NCBI GenBank assembly: GCA_949296475.1
Contig: CASFOK010000004.1
Coordinates: 861-64,860 of the forward strand
Length of the DNA: 64,000 nt
From: an uncultured Pseudomonadota bacterium
GTDB taxonomy: Bacteria; Pseudomonadota; Alphaproteobacteria; Rs-D84
Direction: 5' to 3'
Of the stretch, positions 28,009 through 35,589 are shown one piece after another. A program made the translations under genes and the position numbers. Below the pieces are notes generated by a model. The model was not told the DNA's origin. It was given only the letters and a program-made list of their open reading frames with translations, and ran no database searches. Positions within the stretch are counted from its first letter, which is position 1, and every line of letters starts with the position of its first letter.

Positions 28009-28197
28009 TTATTCTATACACTTCATTGGGTGGTGGGTGGAATCAATAAACATTATTAATTGAAAAACTGTGGGTTTTTGTCGACCAATCACAATTTGAT
28101 GATAACCATTTTCATCGGTATCAAATATAGAATATGCAATAAATAACGGCATATTACATTTTTGTCGGATTTGTTCTATTTCATTACCCAGTGTCAT
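28009..28197 (-). CDS. Small hypothetical protein, weakly XRE-HTH-like
   Basis: 62 aa counted from the ATG preceded by a GGGGG RBS. LGNEIEQIRQK...IVIGRQKPTVFQL resembles a degenerate XRE helix-turn-helix. Confidence 0.35.
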   Translation of the reverse strand: MTLGNEIEQIRQKCNMPLFIAYSIFDTDENGYHQIVIGRQKPTVFQLIMFIDSTHHPMKCIE

Positions 28198-28213
28198 TTT
28201 ACCCCCGATATTC

Positions 28214-28383
28214 AAAAATAAAACCACCGGAAAATTCAGGTGGTTGGAGTTTACAAACAATTGAACGAATTGCGGCCTTATTCAATATATTCAGACCACT
28301 CCAACCTATTGGTTGGATTTTCGCCTGAGCCTCAGGCGCGTTCAATGGGCTACTAATCCCAACAACAGAACACCTGTTGCGAT
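28214..28383 (-). ncRNA. Structured RNA unit 1 (unassigned family): sRNA or cis leader of the downstream ORFs
   Basis: Has its own promoter and intrinsic terminator, is homologous to unit 2 with compensatory changes, and has no conserved ORF. Confidence 0.6.
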
Positions 28384-28387
28384 ATGT

Positions 28388-28416
28388 ATTATAACCACCC
28401 ATAAATCACATATCAA
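28388..28416 (-). promoter_or_regulatory. Sigma70-like promoter of RNA unit 1
   Basis: Minus strand TTGATA-17 nt-TATAAT. Confidence 0.6.
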
Positions 28417-28454
28417 ATTATTTTTTCTGGTGCTTTTTACTCCTTTACGTTAAA

Positions 28455-28629
28455 CAAAAAACCACCGGAAAATTCAGGTGGTTGGAGTTTAGTAGCAATT
28501 CAATCAGAAATCGCGGTCTTATTCAATATATTCAGACTCACTCCAACCAATTGGTTGGAGATATTTTTCGCCATCACTGGCGCTGATTGAATAGGCTACT
28601 AATCCCAGCAACAGAACACCTGTTGCGAT
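28455..28629 (-). ncRNA. Structured RNA unit 2 (paralog of unit 1)
   Basis: Same architecture. Terminator AACCACC-N10-GGTGGTT plus T6. Promoter immediately upstream. Confidence 0.6.
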
Positions 28630-28633
28630 ATGT

Positions 28634-28662
28634 ATTATAAATGCTGCTTTTTGATATTGCAA
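28634..28662 (-). promoter_or_regulatory. Sigma70-like promoter of RNA unit 2
   Basis: Minus strand TTGCAA-17 nt-TATAAT. Confidence 0.6.
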
Positions 28663-28684
28663 TCGTATTTTTCTTTGGTATAAT
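28657..28684 (+). promoter_or_regulatory. Sigma70-like promoter of the tRNA-Val(GAC) array
   Basis: Plus strand TTGCAA-16 nt-TATAAT. Its -35 hexamer is the same palindromic TTGCAA used by the divergent RNA unit 2 promoter. Confidence 0.5.
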
Positions 28685-28706
28685 CTGTGCGCTTGAAGAA
28701 AATATC

Positions 28707-28790
28707 GGGTGGTTAGCTCAGTTGGTCAGCCGCGTACGTTGACATCTTAAAGGTCGTTGACTTTCTGGACATAGCACCGAAAAAAAATAT
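28707..28790 (+). pseudogene. Decayed tRNA-Val-like unit 1
   Basis: The first 20 nt, the anticodon arm (GAC loop) and the variable region match the real tRNA. The D-stem 3' strand, T arm and acceptor 3' strand are replaced. Confidence 0.7.
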
Positions 28791-28872
28791 GGGTGGTTAG
28801 CTCAGTTGGTCAGCCGCGTACGTTGACATCGTAAAGGTCGTTGGCTTTCTGGACATAGCACCGAAAAACATT
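28791..28872 (+). pseudogene. Decayed tRNA-Val-like unit 2
   Basis: Nearly identical to unit 1, carrying the same lesions with a few substitutions. Confidence 0.7.
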
Positions 28873-28949
28873 GGGTGGTTAGCTCAGTTGGTTAGAGCGT
28901 TACGTTGACATCGTAAAGGTCGTTGGTTCGAGTCCAATACCACCCACCA
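28873..28949 (+). tRNA. tRNA-Val (anticodon GAC), CCA encoded
   Basis: Canonical cloverleaf: GGGTGGT/ACCACCC acceptor, AGCTCAGTTGGTTAGAGC D arm, TTACG-TTGACAT-CGTAA anticodon arm, GTTGG-TTCGAGT-CCAAT T arm. Confidence 0.93.
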
Positions 28950-29020
28950 TTATAAAAAAACAAGAAAAGAAATGATGCGAATGTACAATTAATCTTACTA
29001 AAATTTCTGACGGGATTCCT

Positions 29021-29042
29021 GGGCGCCCGTTGGCGCCCTTTT
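29021..29042 (+). terminator. GC-rich hairpin plus T-run between tRNA-Val and metG
   Basis: GGGCGCC-CGTT-GGCGCCC followed by TTTT, 22 nt upstream of the metG ATG. Confidence 0.55.
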
Positions 29043-29064
29043 ATTAAATAACAAAGGCAACAAT

Positions 29065-31068
29065 ATGACAACTGACAATAAACAAAAATATCTTATTACT
29101 TCTGCATTGCCATATGTTAATGGCGAATTGCACTTGGGGCACCTTATCGGGTGCTGGCTGCCGTCTGATATATATGCCCGCTTTTGTCGCGCATGTGGGC
29201 GTGATGTATTATATGTTTGCGGGGCAGACGAACATGGTACACCTGTTGTTGTCGGTGCTATGAAAGAAAATATGTCGCCTTTTGATTATTCAAGCAAATA
29301 TTATGAAAAGCACTTGCGCGCAGTTAAAGACTTTAACTTGTCTTTTGACCTTTATGGACGTACCCACACAGAATTGCAAGAAAAGTTAATTCACGAATTA
29401 TTCTTGCGTCTGGATAACGAGGGCTTAATTGAAGAACGCGAAACTTTACAACCGTTTTCTGTTGACGACAATATGTTCCTGGCCGACCGTCAGTTATTAG
29501 GCACTTGCCCAAAATGTGGTTATGAAAATGCACGCGGTGACCAATGCGATAAATGCAGTGCGTCGTATGAAGCGACAGAATTACTAAACCCACGCAGCGC
29601 GATTTCTGGCAGCACAAACATTGAAATGCGCCCAACTAAAAACCTATTCTTCCTTGCTTCTAAAATAGAAGGCAAATGGAAACAATGGCTTGAAACACAC
29701 GCACCAAAATGGTCCAAGACCGCCATTGCTATTGCACAAGGTTGGGCAAAAGAAGGCTTGCAAGACACTTCTATTACTCGTGATTTATCTTGGGGCATTC
29801 CTGTAAATAAACCTGGATACGAAAATAAAGTTTTCTATGTTTGGTTTGATGCACCTTGGGGTTATGTTTCTATCTCGCAGGCTGCAAATAAAGACTGGGA
29901 AACATGGTGGAAAAATCCTGATTGTCATTATGCACAATTTATGGGCAAGGATAATGTTAAGTTCCATGCGGTTTTATTCCCTGAACAGCAACTGGCGATG
30001 AACGACAACTGGAAAACTGTTGACCAGTTAAAAGCAATGAACTTCCTGAATTTTGAAGGCGGTAAGTTTTCTAAATCTGAAAAGCGTGGTGTGTTCTTGG
30101 ACGAAGCAGTCAGCATTGCACCTGCTGACGCTTGGCGTTATGCGCTGATTGCATCCGCACCAGAAACAGACGATACAGACTTTACTTTTGCGCGCTTTGC
30201 AGATATCGTTAACAAAGACCTGAACGGTATGTTGGGCAACTTTGTTTCGCGTGTTTGCAAATTGACTGATAAAAACTTTGGACTAACCGTTCCAAATGCA
30301 GGCGAATTAGATGCTTCTTTAACTGCGCAAGTAAACGAAAAAATTGCAGAACTTACTGCTGCGCTGGACGCATGCGAATTCCGTGCCGCTGTTGTTGCGT
30401 TGCGTTCGTTGTATGCAATTGGTAACGAATATATGACTGTTAAAGAACCGTGGACGCTTGTTAAAAATGGAAACGCCGAGCAAGCGGGCGCAGTACTAAA
30501 CGAATGTTTTCAACTGATAGACTTGTATGCGCGCGTTTCTGCCCCGTTTATTCCGGACGCTGCAGAAAAAATACAGCGTGTATTTAACAACACGCACGAC
30601 CTGTCTTGGCCAAAAGAATTTGAACGCAGAATTCAAAATGGCGAAGCCTTCACTGTTCCAGAAAACTTATTTTCCAGAATTGATGATGCGCGCGTCGCAG
30701 AACTGACTGAAAAATATGCTAAAAAAGAAGACAACAATGTTAAACCTGTTGTTGCTAAAATAATCGCGGTTAAAAATCATCCCTCTCGTGATGACTTGCA
30801 TCTTTTAACAGTTGATGACGGTACAAATCATAATTTACAAATTGTATGTGGTGCGCCAAATGTTCGTGTTGGTTTAATTGGCGTATTGGCGCCTGTTGGT
30901 TGTGTGCTGCCGACAATGAAAAAACCGATTTCCCAGCGCACAGTTGCAGGTACAGAATCTTTCGGTATGATGTGCAGTGCTGCTGAACTGGGGCAGGGCA
31001 ATAATGCAGATGAAATAATAGAACTGGATAGTGATGCAAAAATAGGCAGTATTTGGGAAATAAAATGA
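29065..31068 (+). CDS. metG: Methionyl-tRNA synthetase with C-terminal tRNA-binding (Trbp111-like) domain
   Basis: ALPYVNGELHLGH (HIGH), KFSKS (KMSKS), zinc knuckle CPKCG...CDKC, and a C-terminal VCGAPNV OB-fold. Confidence 0.96.
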   Translation: MTTDNKQKYLITSALPYVNGELHLGHLIGCWLPSDIYARFCRACGRDVLYVCGADEHGTPVVVGAMKENMSPFDYSSKYYEKHLRAVKDFNLSFDLYGRTHTELQEKLIHELFLRLDNEGLIEERETLQPFSVDDNMFLADRQLLGTCPKCGYENARGDQCDKCSASYEATELLNPRSAISGSTNIEMRPTKNLFFLASKIEGKWKQWLETHAPKWSKTAIAIAQGWAKEGLQDTSITRDLSWGIPVNKPGYENKVFYVWFDAPWGYVSISQAANKDWETWWKNPDCHYAQFMGKDNVKFHAVLFPEQQLAMNDNWKTVDQLKAMNFLNFEGGKFSKSEKRGVFLDEAVSIAPADAWRYALIASAPETDDTDFTFARFADIVNKDLNGMLGNFVSRVCKLTDKNFGLTVPNAGELDASLTAQVNEKIAELTAALDACEFRAAVVALRSLYAIGNEYMTVKEPWTLVKNGNAEQAGAVLNECFQLIDLYARVSAPFIPDAAEKIQRVFNNTHDLSWPKEFERRIQNGEAFTVPENLFSRIDDARVAELTEKYAKKEDNNVKPVVAKIIAVKNHPSRDDLHLLTVDDGTNHNLQIVCGAPNVRVGLIGVLAPVGCVLPTMKKPISQRTVAGTESFGMMCSAAELGQGNNADEIIELDSDAKIGSIWEIK

Positions 31069-31595
31069 AACTGGTTCTGATGTCTTGTTGTGCACCATGC
31101 AGTGCGGGTGCAATAAAGCAATTAGCGGACGGCGCAATACCTGACGTTGATGACTTTGTTGTGTTGTTCTTTAACCCGAACATTTTCCCCGCTGCAGAAT
31201 ATACAAAACGCTTGAACGAGCAAATAAAATATTGTGAATCTTTGGGCGTTAAATATGCTGTTGGAAACTACAATCACGAAGACTGGCGCGGTGCAGTACG
31301 TGGTTTAGAAACCGAACCAGAACGTGGGGCACGTTGCAGTCGGTGCTTTGAATTCAGATTTGAATTTGCACGACGTTGGGCAAAAGAAAACGGATATGAC
31401 GCGGTCGCTTCTGTATTTGGTGTATCACGACACAAAGACCAATCACAAGTTGACCGTGCTGCACAATGTTCTTTAGGAGATATTTCCTATATGCCAATAA
31501 AATGGGATGAAAAATTGCGTCAAGAAATTGGCAGAAACTCTAATTTTTATCGTCAGAATTATTGCGGTTGCGAATTCTCTGTGCGCAAAGTATAA
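31065..31595 (+). CDS. queH: Epoxyqueuosine reductase QueH (DUF208)
   Basis: SCCAPCS, NPNIFPAAEY, EPERGARCSRC and YRQNYCGCEFS motifs. ATGA overlap with the metG stop. Confidence 0.85.
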   Translation: MKLVLMSCCAPCSAGAIKQLADGAIPDVDDFVVLFFNPNIFPAAEYTKRLNEQIKYCESLGVKYAVGNYNHEDWRGAVRGLETEPERGARCSRCFEFRFEFARRWAKENGYDAVASVFGVSRHKDQSQVDRAAQCSLGDISYMPIKWDEKLRQEIGRNSNFYRQNYCGCEFSVRKV

Positions 31596-31625
31596 TTCGG
31601 ATATGAACTGAACAAAGGTGTAAAT

Positions 31626-32501
31626 ATGTCATCTATTTTGGTTTTCCCAGGACAAGGTTCACAAGCCGTCGGTATGGGAAAAGATTTATATGAAAATAAC
31701 CCTGCAGCACGTGCTGTGTTTGATGAAGTTGATGATGCGTTAAATCAAAAATTATCTGATATTATATTTAATGGTCCGATGGAAGATTTAACACTGACGA
31801 CAAATGTTCAACCAGCAATTATGGCTATGTCTATTGCTATGTTGCGGGCAAGCGGTGTGTCTCTTACTGAATATGTCGCAGGGCACTCTTTGGGTGAATA
31901 TACAGCGCTGTGTGCGGCGGGGGCATTGTCTTTGGCAGATACTGCCAGATTACTTCGTCTGCGTGGTGACGCAATGCAACGCGCAGTACCTGTTGGCGAA
32001 GGTTTGACAGCTGTTATTCTTGGTTTAGATATTGAAAAAGTTCGTGAAATTTGCGCACAAACAGATTGTGATGTTGCAAATGACAACAGTCCAGGGCAAG
32101 TCGTTATATCTGGGGCAAAAGATGTTGTAGAAGCAACTATGGCACTTGCAAAAGAAGCCGGTGCAAAACGTGCAATGCCACTTGCCCTGTCTGTACCTGT
32201 TCATTGCAAAATCCAGGCACCTGCCGCAGAAGAAATGCGCGCAGCATTGGAAAATATTGAAATAAAATCACCACAGGCAATTCTGATTTCTAATAAAACC
32301 GCAGCACCTATGCGTGATCCTGCAGAAATAAAAGAAGCACTGGTTTATCAAATTACACATGGCGTTCATTGGCGTGAATCCGTCTTGAAAATGCATGAAC
32401 TTGGTATAACAGAAACAATTGAAGTTGGACCAGGGGCTGTTTTAACGGGGCTTACCGGACGTATATGTGCAGACATGACATCTAAAAAATTGGAGATATA
32501 A
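31626..32501 (+). CDS. fabD: Malonyl CoA-ACP transacylase
   Basis: FPGQGSQ and the GHSLGEY active-site motif. Confidence 0.93.
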   Translation: MSSILVFPGQGSQAVGMGKDLYENNPAARAVFDEVDDALNQKLSDIIFNGPMEDLTLTTNVQPAIMAMSIAMLRASGVSLTEYVAGHSLGEYTALCAAGALSLADTARLLRLRGDAMQRAVPVGEGLTAVILGLDIEKVREICAQTDCDVANDNSPGQVVISGAKDVVEATMALAKEAGAKRAMPLALSVPVHCKIQAPAAEEMRAALENIEIKSPQAILISNKTAAPMRDPAEIKEALVYQITHGVHWRESVLKMHELGITETIEVGPGAVLTGLTGRICADMTSKKLEI

Positions 32502-32502
32502 T

Positions 32503-33231
32503 ATGTTTGATTTAACAGGTAAAGTTGCATTAATTACAGGCGCAACCGGCGGTATCGGTGGCGCAATTGCTAAAAAAATGAAAGAAGCCGGCGCAACAGT
32601 TGTTGTTTCCGGTAGAAATTTAGCAAAATTAGAAACAGAATTTGACGATTCTTATATTAAAATCCCTGCCGACCTGGCGTCCGAAGGGGCAGGCGTTGAA
32701 TTAATTATGAACACAATTGAAAAAGCCGGTAAAATAGACGTCCTGATTAATAACGCAGGTATTACAAAAGATACTCTTTTGATGCGTATGACAGACGAAC
32801 AATTTGACGACGTTATTAATACGAACTTACGTTCTTGTTTTAAAATGTGTCGCGCGGTTATTATGCCTATGATGAAGCAACGCTTTGGTCGCATTATAAA
32901 TATGGCATCCATTATCGGCACAATTGGCGGACCAGGGCAGGCAAATTATGCCGCATCAAAAGGCGGTATGATTGCAATGACAAAGTCTATTGCTGCAGAA
33001 GTTGCATCGCGCGGGATTACTGCTAACTGTATCGCACCGGGCTTTATTAAAACACCTATGACAGACGTTCTGTCTGATGAACTAAAGCAATCTTATCTGG
33101 CACAAATACCTGCAGGTAGATTTGGTGAACCAGAAGACATCGCAAATGCCTGCGTATTCTTGGCATCTGACGAGGCGTCTTATATCAACGGGCAAACCTT
33201 GCATGTAAACGGCGCAATGGGCAGATTTTAA
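32503..33231 (+). CDS. fabG: 3-oxoacyl-ACP reductase
   Basis: TGATGGIG, NNAG and YAASKGG SDR motifs. Confidence 0.93.
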   Translation: MFDLTGKVALITGATGGIGGAIAKKMKEAGATVVVSGRNLAKLETEFDDSYIKIPADLASEGAGVELIMNTIEKAGKIDVLINNAGITKDTLLMRMTDEQFDDVINTNLRSCFKMCRAVIMPMMKQRFGRIINMASIIGTIGGPGQANYAASKGGMIAMTKSIAAEVASRGITANCIAPGFIKTPMTDVLSDELKQSYLAQIPAGRFGEPEDIANACVFLASDEASYINGQTLHVNGAMGRF

Positions 33232-33236
33232 TTATC

Positions 33237-34889
33237 ATGACAGAATTTGACGTAATTGTTATCGGTGGGGGGCATGCCGGGGTAGAGGCCGCGGCATCTG
33301 CATCGCGAAGAGGCGCAAAAACTTTGTTATTAACACAAAGTAAAGCAGACCTGGGGGCTATGTCCTGTAATCCTAGTATTGGCGGCCCAGGCAAGTCACA
33401 AATGGTTGCAGAAATAGATGCACTGGGTGGTGTTATGGGGCGTGCGGCAGATGCGGCAGGAATTCACTTTCGTACGCTGAACGCATCGCATGGGGCGGCA
33501 ACACAGGCACTGCGCGCACAGATTGATAGAAAACTTTATCATAATGCAATCGTTAAAATTCTGTCAGAATATAAAAACTTGGATATAGTTTTTGAAAAAG
33601 TTGAAGGTCTCAACTTAAAAGAAAAAACAGTCAACAGAAAATATCACGCACGTGCAATCGTACTGACAACAGGGACTTTCTTGCAAGGTCTTGTCACACG
33701 TGGGGCAGAAAAAATACCGTCTGGCAGATTACAAGATGACGGCACATATCAAGAACCAGATACAAATATATCAGGTATATTAAAAGATGCAGGATTTTCT
33801 TTAATGCGTCTTAAAACAGGGACGCCGGCGCGTATTGAAAAATCTTCTATTGATTTTTCTGTATGTGAACTGCAACCAGGTGATACCCCACACGATTGGT
33901 TTTCTGAACCTAATCCAGAAAATAATTATGATGCGGTTTGTTATATAACTCATACGAATGAGACAACGCATAAAATTATCCGTGATAACATATCAAACGC
34001 ACCTATGTATAACGGTGATATTCGTGGTACAGGGCCAAGATATTGTCCGTCGCTGGAAGATAAAGTTATGCGATTTCCAGAACATACAACGCACCATGTA
34101 TTCTTAGAGCCAGAAGGTCTGGACAGCGATTTAATATATCCAAACGGCATTTCAACCAGCTTTGGCGCAGATATTCAAGACAAATGGATACGTACAATTC
34201 CAGGTTTAGAAAACGCAAAAATCGCACGCTATGGTTATGCAATTGAATATGATGCAATAGATGCGCGTATGCTGAACGAACGCTTGGAATCAAAAGATAT
34301 TGCTGGTCTATTCTTTGCGGGGCAAATTAATGGTACGTCAGGATATGAAGAAGCCGCCGCCCAAGGAATCGTTGCTGGTGCAAATGCGGCAGCGTTTGCC
34401 TTGAATTTAGAAACATTAAATCTAGACAGGACAAACGCTATGATTGGCGTACTGATAGACGATATAACAACGCTTGGGGTTGATGAACCTTATCGTATGT
34501 TTACTTCACGTGCAGAATACAGATTATCACTGCGTAGTGATAACGCAATTGCGCGTCTGGGAAATATGGCCGTAAAACTGGGTCTGATTACTGAAGAAGA
34601 GTTTGATAGAAAATATGCACTGCGCGCAGAAAAAATAAAAGAAAATGATAAGTTTTATGCGGGCTATATCCAGCGCAATGAACGCGAAATCGCTTCGTAC
34701 AGACGCGACGCAGCGATGAAAATACCAGTAAATTTTGATTATAAAAATCTACCGGGTCTAACAAATGAATTGATAGAAAAATTAACAGCGACGCGTCCTG
34801 ACAACATAGCAGACCTGTCCAGAATACCAGGTATGACGCCCGCGGGAATAATGGTCGTTTTACGTAAAATAAAATGTGGAAATTCGTAA
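33237..34889 (+). CDS. mnmG: tRNA uridine 5-carboxymethylaminomethyl modification enzyme MnmG (short form)
   Basis: FDVIVIGGGHAG, GPRYCPS and MFTSRAEYRL motifs; 550 aa. Confidence 0.93.
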   Translation: MTEFDVIVIGGGHAGVEAAASASRRGAKTLLLTQSKADLGAMSCNPSIGGPGKSQMVAEIDALGGVMGRAADAAGIHFRTLNASHGAATQALRAQIDRKLYHNAIVKILSEYKNLDIVFEKVEGLNLKEKTVNRKYHARAIVLTTGTFLQGLVTRGAEKIPSGRLQDDGTYQEPDTNISGILKDAGFSLMRLKTGTPARIEKSSIDFSVCELQPGDTPHDWFSEPNPENNYDAVCYITHTNETTHKIIRDNISNAPMYNGDIRGTGPRYCPSLEDKVMRFPEHTTHHVFLEPEGLDSDLIYPNGISTSFGADIQDKWIRTIPGLENAKIARYGYAIEYDAIDARMLNERLESKDIAGLFFAGQINGTSGYEEAAAQGIVAGANAAAFALNLETLNLDRTNAMIGVLIDDITTLGVDEPYRMFTSRAEYRLSLRSDNAIARLGNMAVKLGLITEEEFDRKYALRAEKIKENDKFYAGYIQRNEREIASYRRDAAMKIPVNFDYKNLPGLTNELIEKLTATRPDNIADLSRIPGMTPAGIMVVLRKIKCGNS

Positions 34890-34916
34890 AAACATATATT
34901 ATGATATTGGCTACAT

Positions 34917-34992
34917 GCCGGTTTAGCTCAGCTGGTAGAGCATCTCATTCGTAATGAGGGGGTCGTAGGTTCAAGTCCTATAACCGGCACCA
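34917..34992 (+). tRNA. tRNA-Thr (anticodon CGT), CCA encoded
   Basis: Acceptor GCCGGTT/AACCGGC, anticodon arm TCTCA-TTCGTAA-TGAGG, T loop TTCAAGT. Confidence 0.92.
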
Positions 34993-35000
34993 GATAAATT

Positions 35001-35026
35001 AAAAAAGCCACAAAAGTGGCTTTTTA
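35001..35026. terminator. Hairpin terminator after tRNA-Thr, shared with the convergent small ORF
   Basis: A6-GCCAC-AAAA-GTGGC-T5. Confidence 0.55.
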
Positions 35027-35392
35027 TCTTTGCCGCGCGCTTCGCTGTTTTGTTTGAACTATGTTTTTCTTGGCTAACTCAAACTTCTGCTTCTGAGATT
35101 TATATTTTTCCACCTTTTCTGTTCCATATTTATATGTTTCTATAACAAACTCAAACGGTGCTTTGGCAACTTTACAAATTGTATCTGCCGCAGTATCTAT
35201 ACCAACCTTTGCGCGCTTGCTTTTATCCTTGGTTTTTTTTACTGCTTCTATTGAATCGCATAAACCCATTGCAGGACCAGCAAAAACCATACCAAATAAA
35301 ACCATTGGTAATACAGTCAATACGCAACTGCGTTGCGCTATGTTTACGGTCTTTATCATTAATAATTTACTATCTATTTTTTTACTGCTCAT
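35024..35392 (-). CDS. Hypothetical small membrane/secreted protein
   Basis: 122-aa ORF with a hydrophobic segment VLTVLPMVLFGMVFAGPAMG and a Lys-rich C-terminus. No family recognised. Confidence 0.4.
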   Translation of the reverse strand: MSSKKIDSKLLMIKTVNIAQRSCVLTVLPMVLFGMVFAGPAMGLCDSIEAVKKTKDKSKRAKVGIDTAADTICKVAKAPFEFVIETYKYGTEKVEKYKSQKQKFELAKKNIVQTKQRSARQR

Positions 35393-35566
35393 CTTCTAAA
35401 TCCTTTTTTAGCGGGGAATATTACACCATAAAAATAAACAAATTTCAACTTTTTTATAAAAAAAACTAGCATTTTATATTTTTCTATACTAAAATTGCAC
35501 TAGCAATGAAATTAACAAGCATAATTATTATAAAATAACTCGGCACCGCGCTTCTGCACGTGGCTG

Positions 35567-35589
35567 GGGCGCATAGGCGCCCGTTTTTT
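35567..35589 (+). promoter_or_regulatory. Terminator-like GC hairpin plus T6 in the ileS leader (candidate attenuator)
   Basis: GGGCGC-ATAG-GCGCCC, then G and TTTTTT, 28 nt upstream of the ileS ATG. No plus-strand gene lies upstream. Confidence 0.45.

Noticed and set aside
28199-28402. 67-aa minus-strand ORF (MGGYNTYRNRCSVV...) covering RNA unit 1
   Set aside because: Its start codon overlaps the -10 box. The paralogous unit 2 has frame-breaking indels and an early stop in the same frame. Differences between the copies preserve base pairing rather than codons.
28214-28629. T-box riboswitch reading tRNA-Val (both units contain GUCUGAA, and unit 1 contains UGGU)
   Set aside because: The conserved T-box 14-mer and the stem I K-turn and specifier-loop architecture are not present. 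UGGU is lost in unit 2, the downstream genes are not aminoacyl-tRNA related, and T-boxes are not expected in this lineage.
28707-28949. CRISPR-like array or integrase att-site duplication
   Set aside because: There are only three units of about 82-84 nt and no unique spacers. The units are tRNA-derived. Island integration leaves a single 3' tRNA fragment at a distant boundary, not adjacent copies matching the 5' part of the tRNA. No integrase is nearby.
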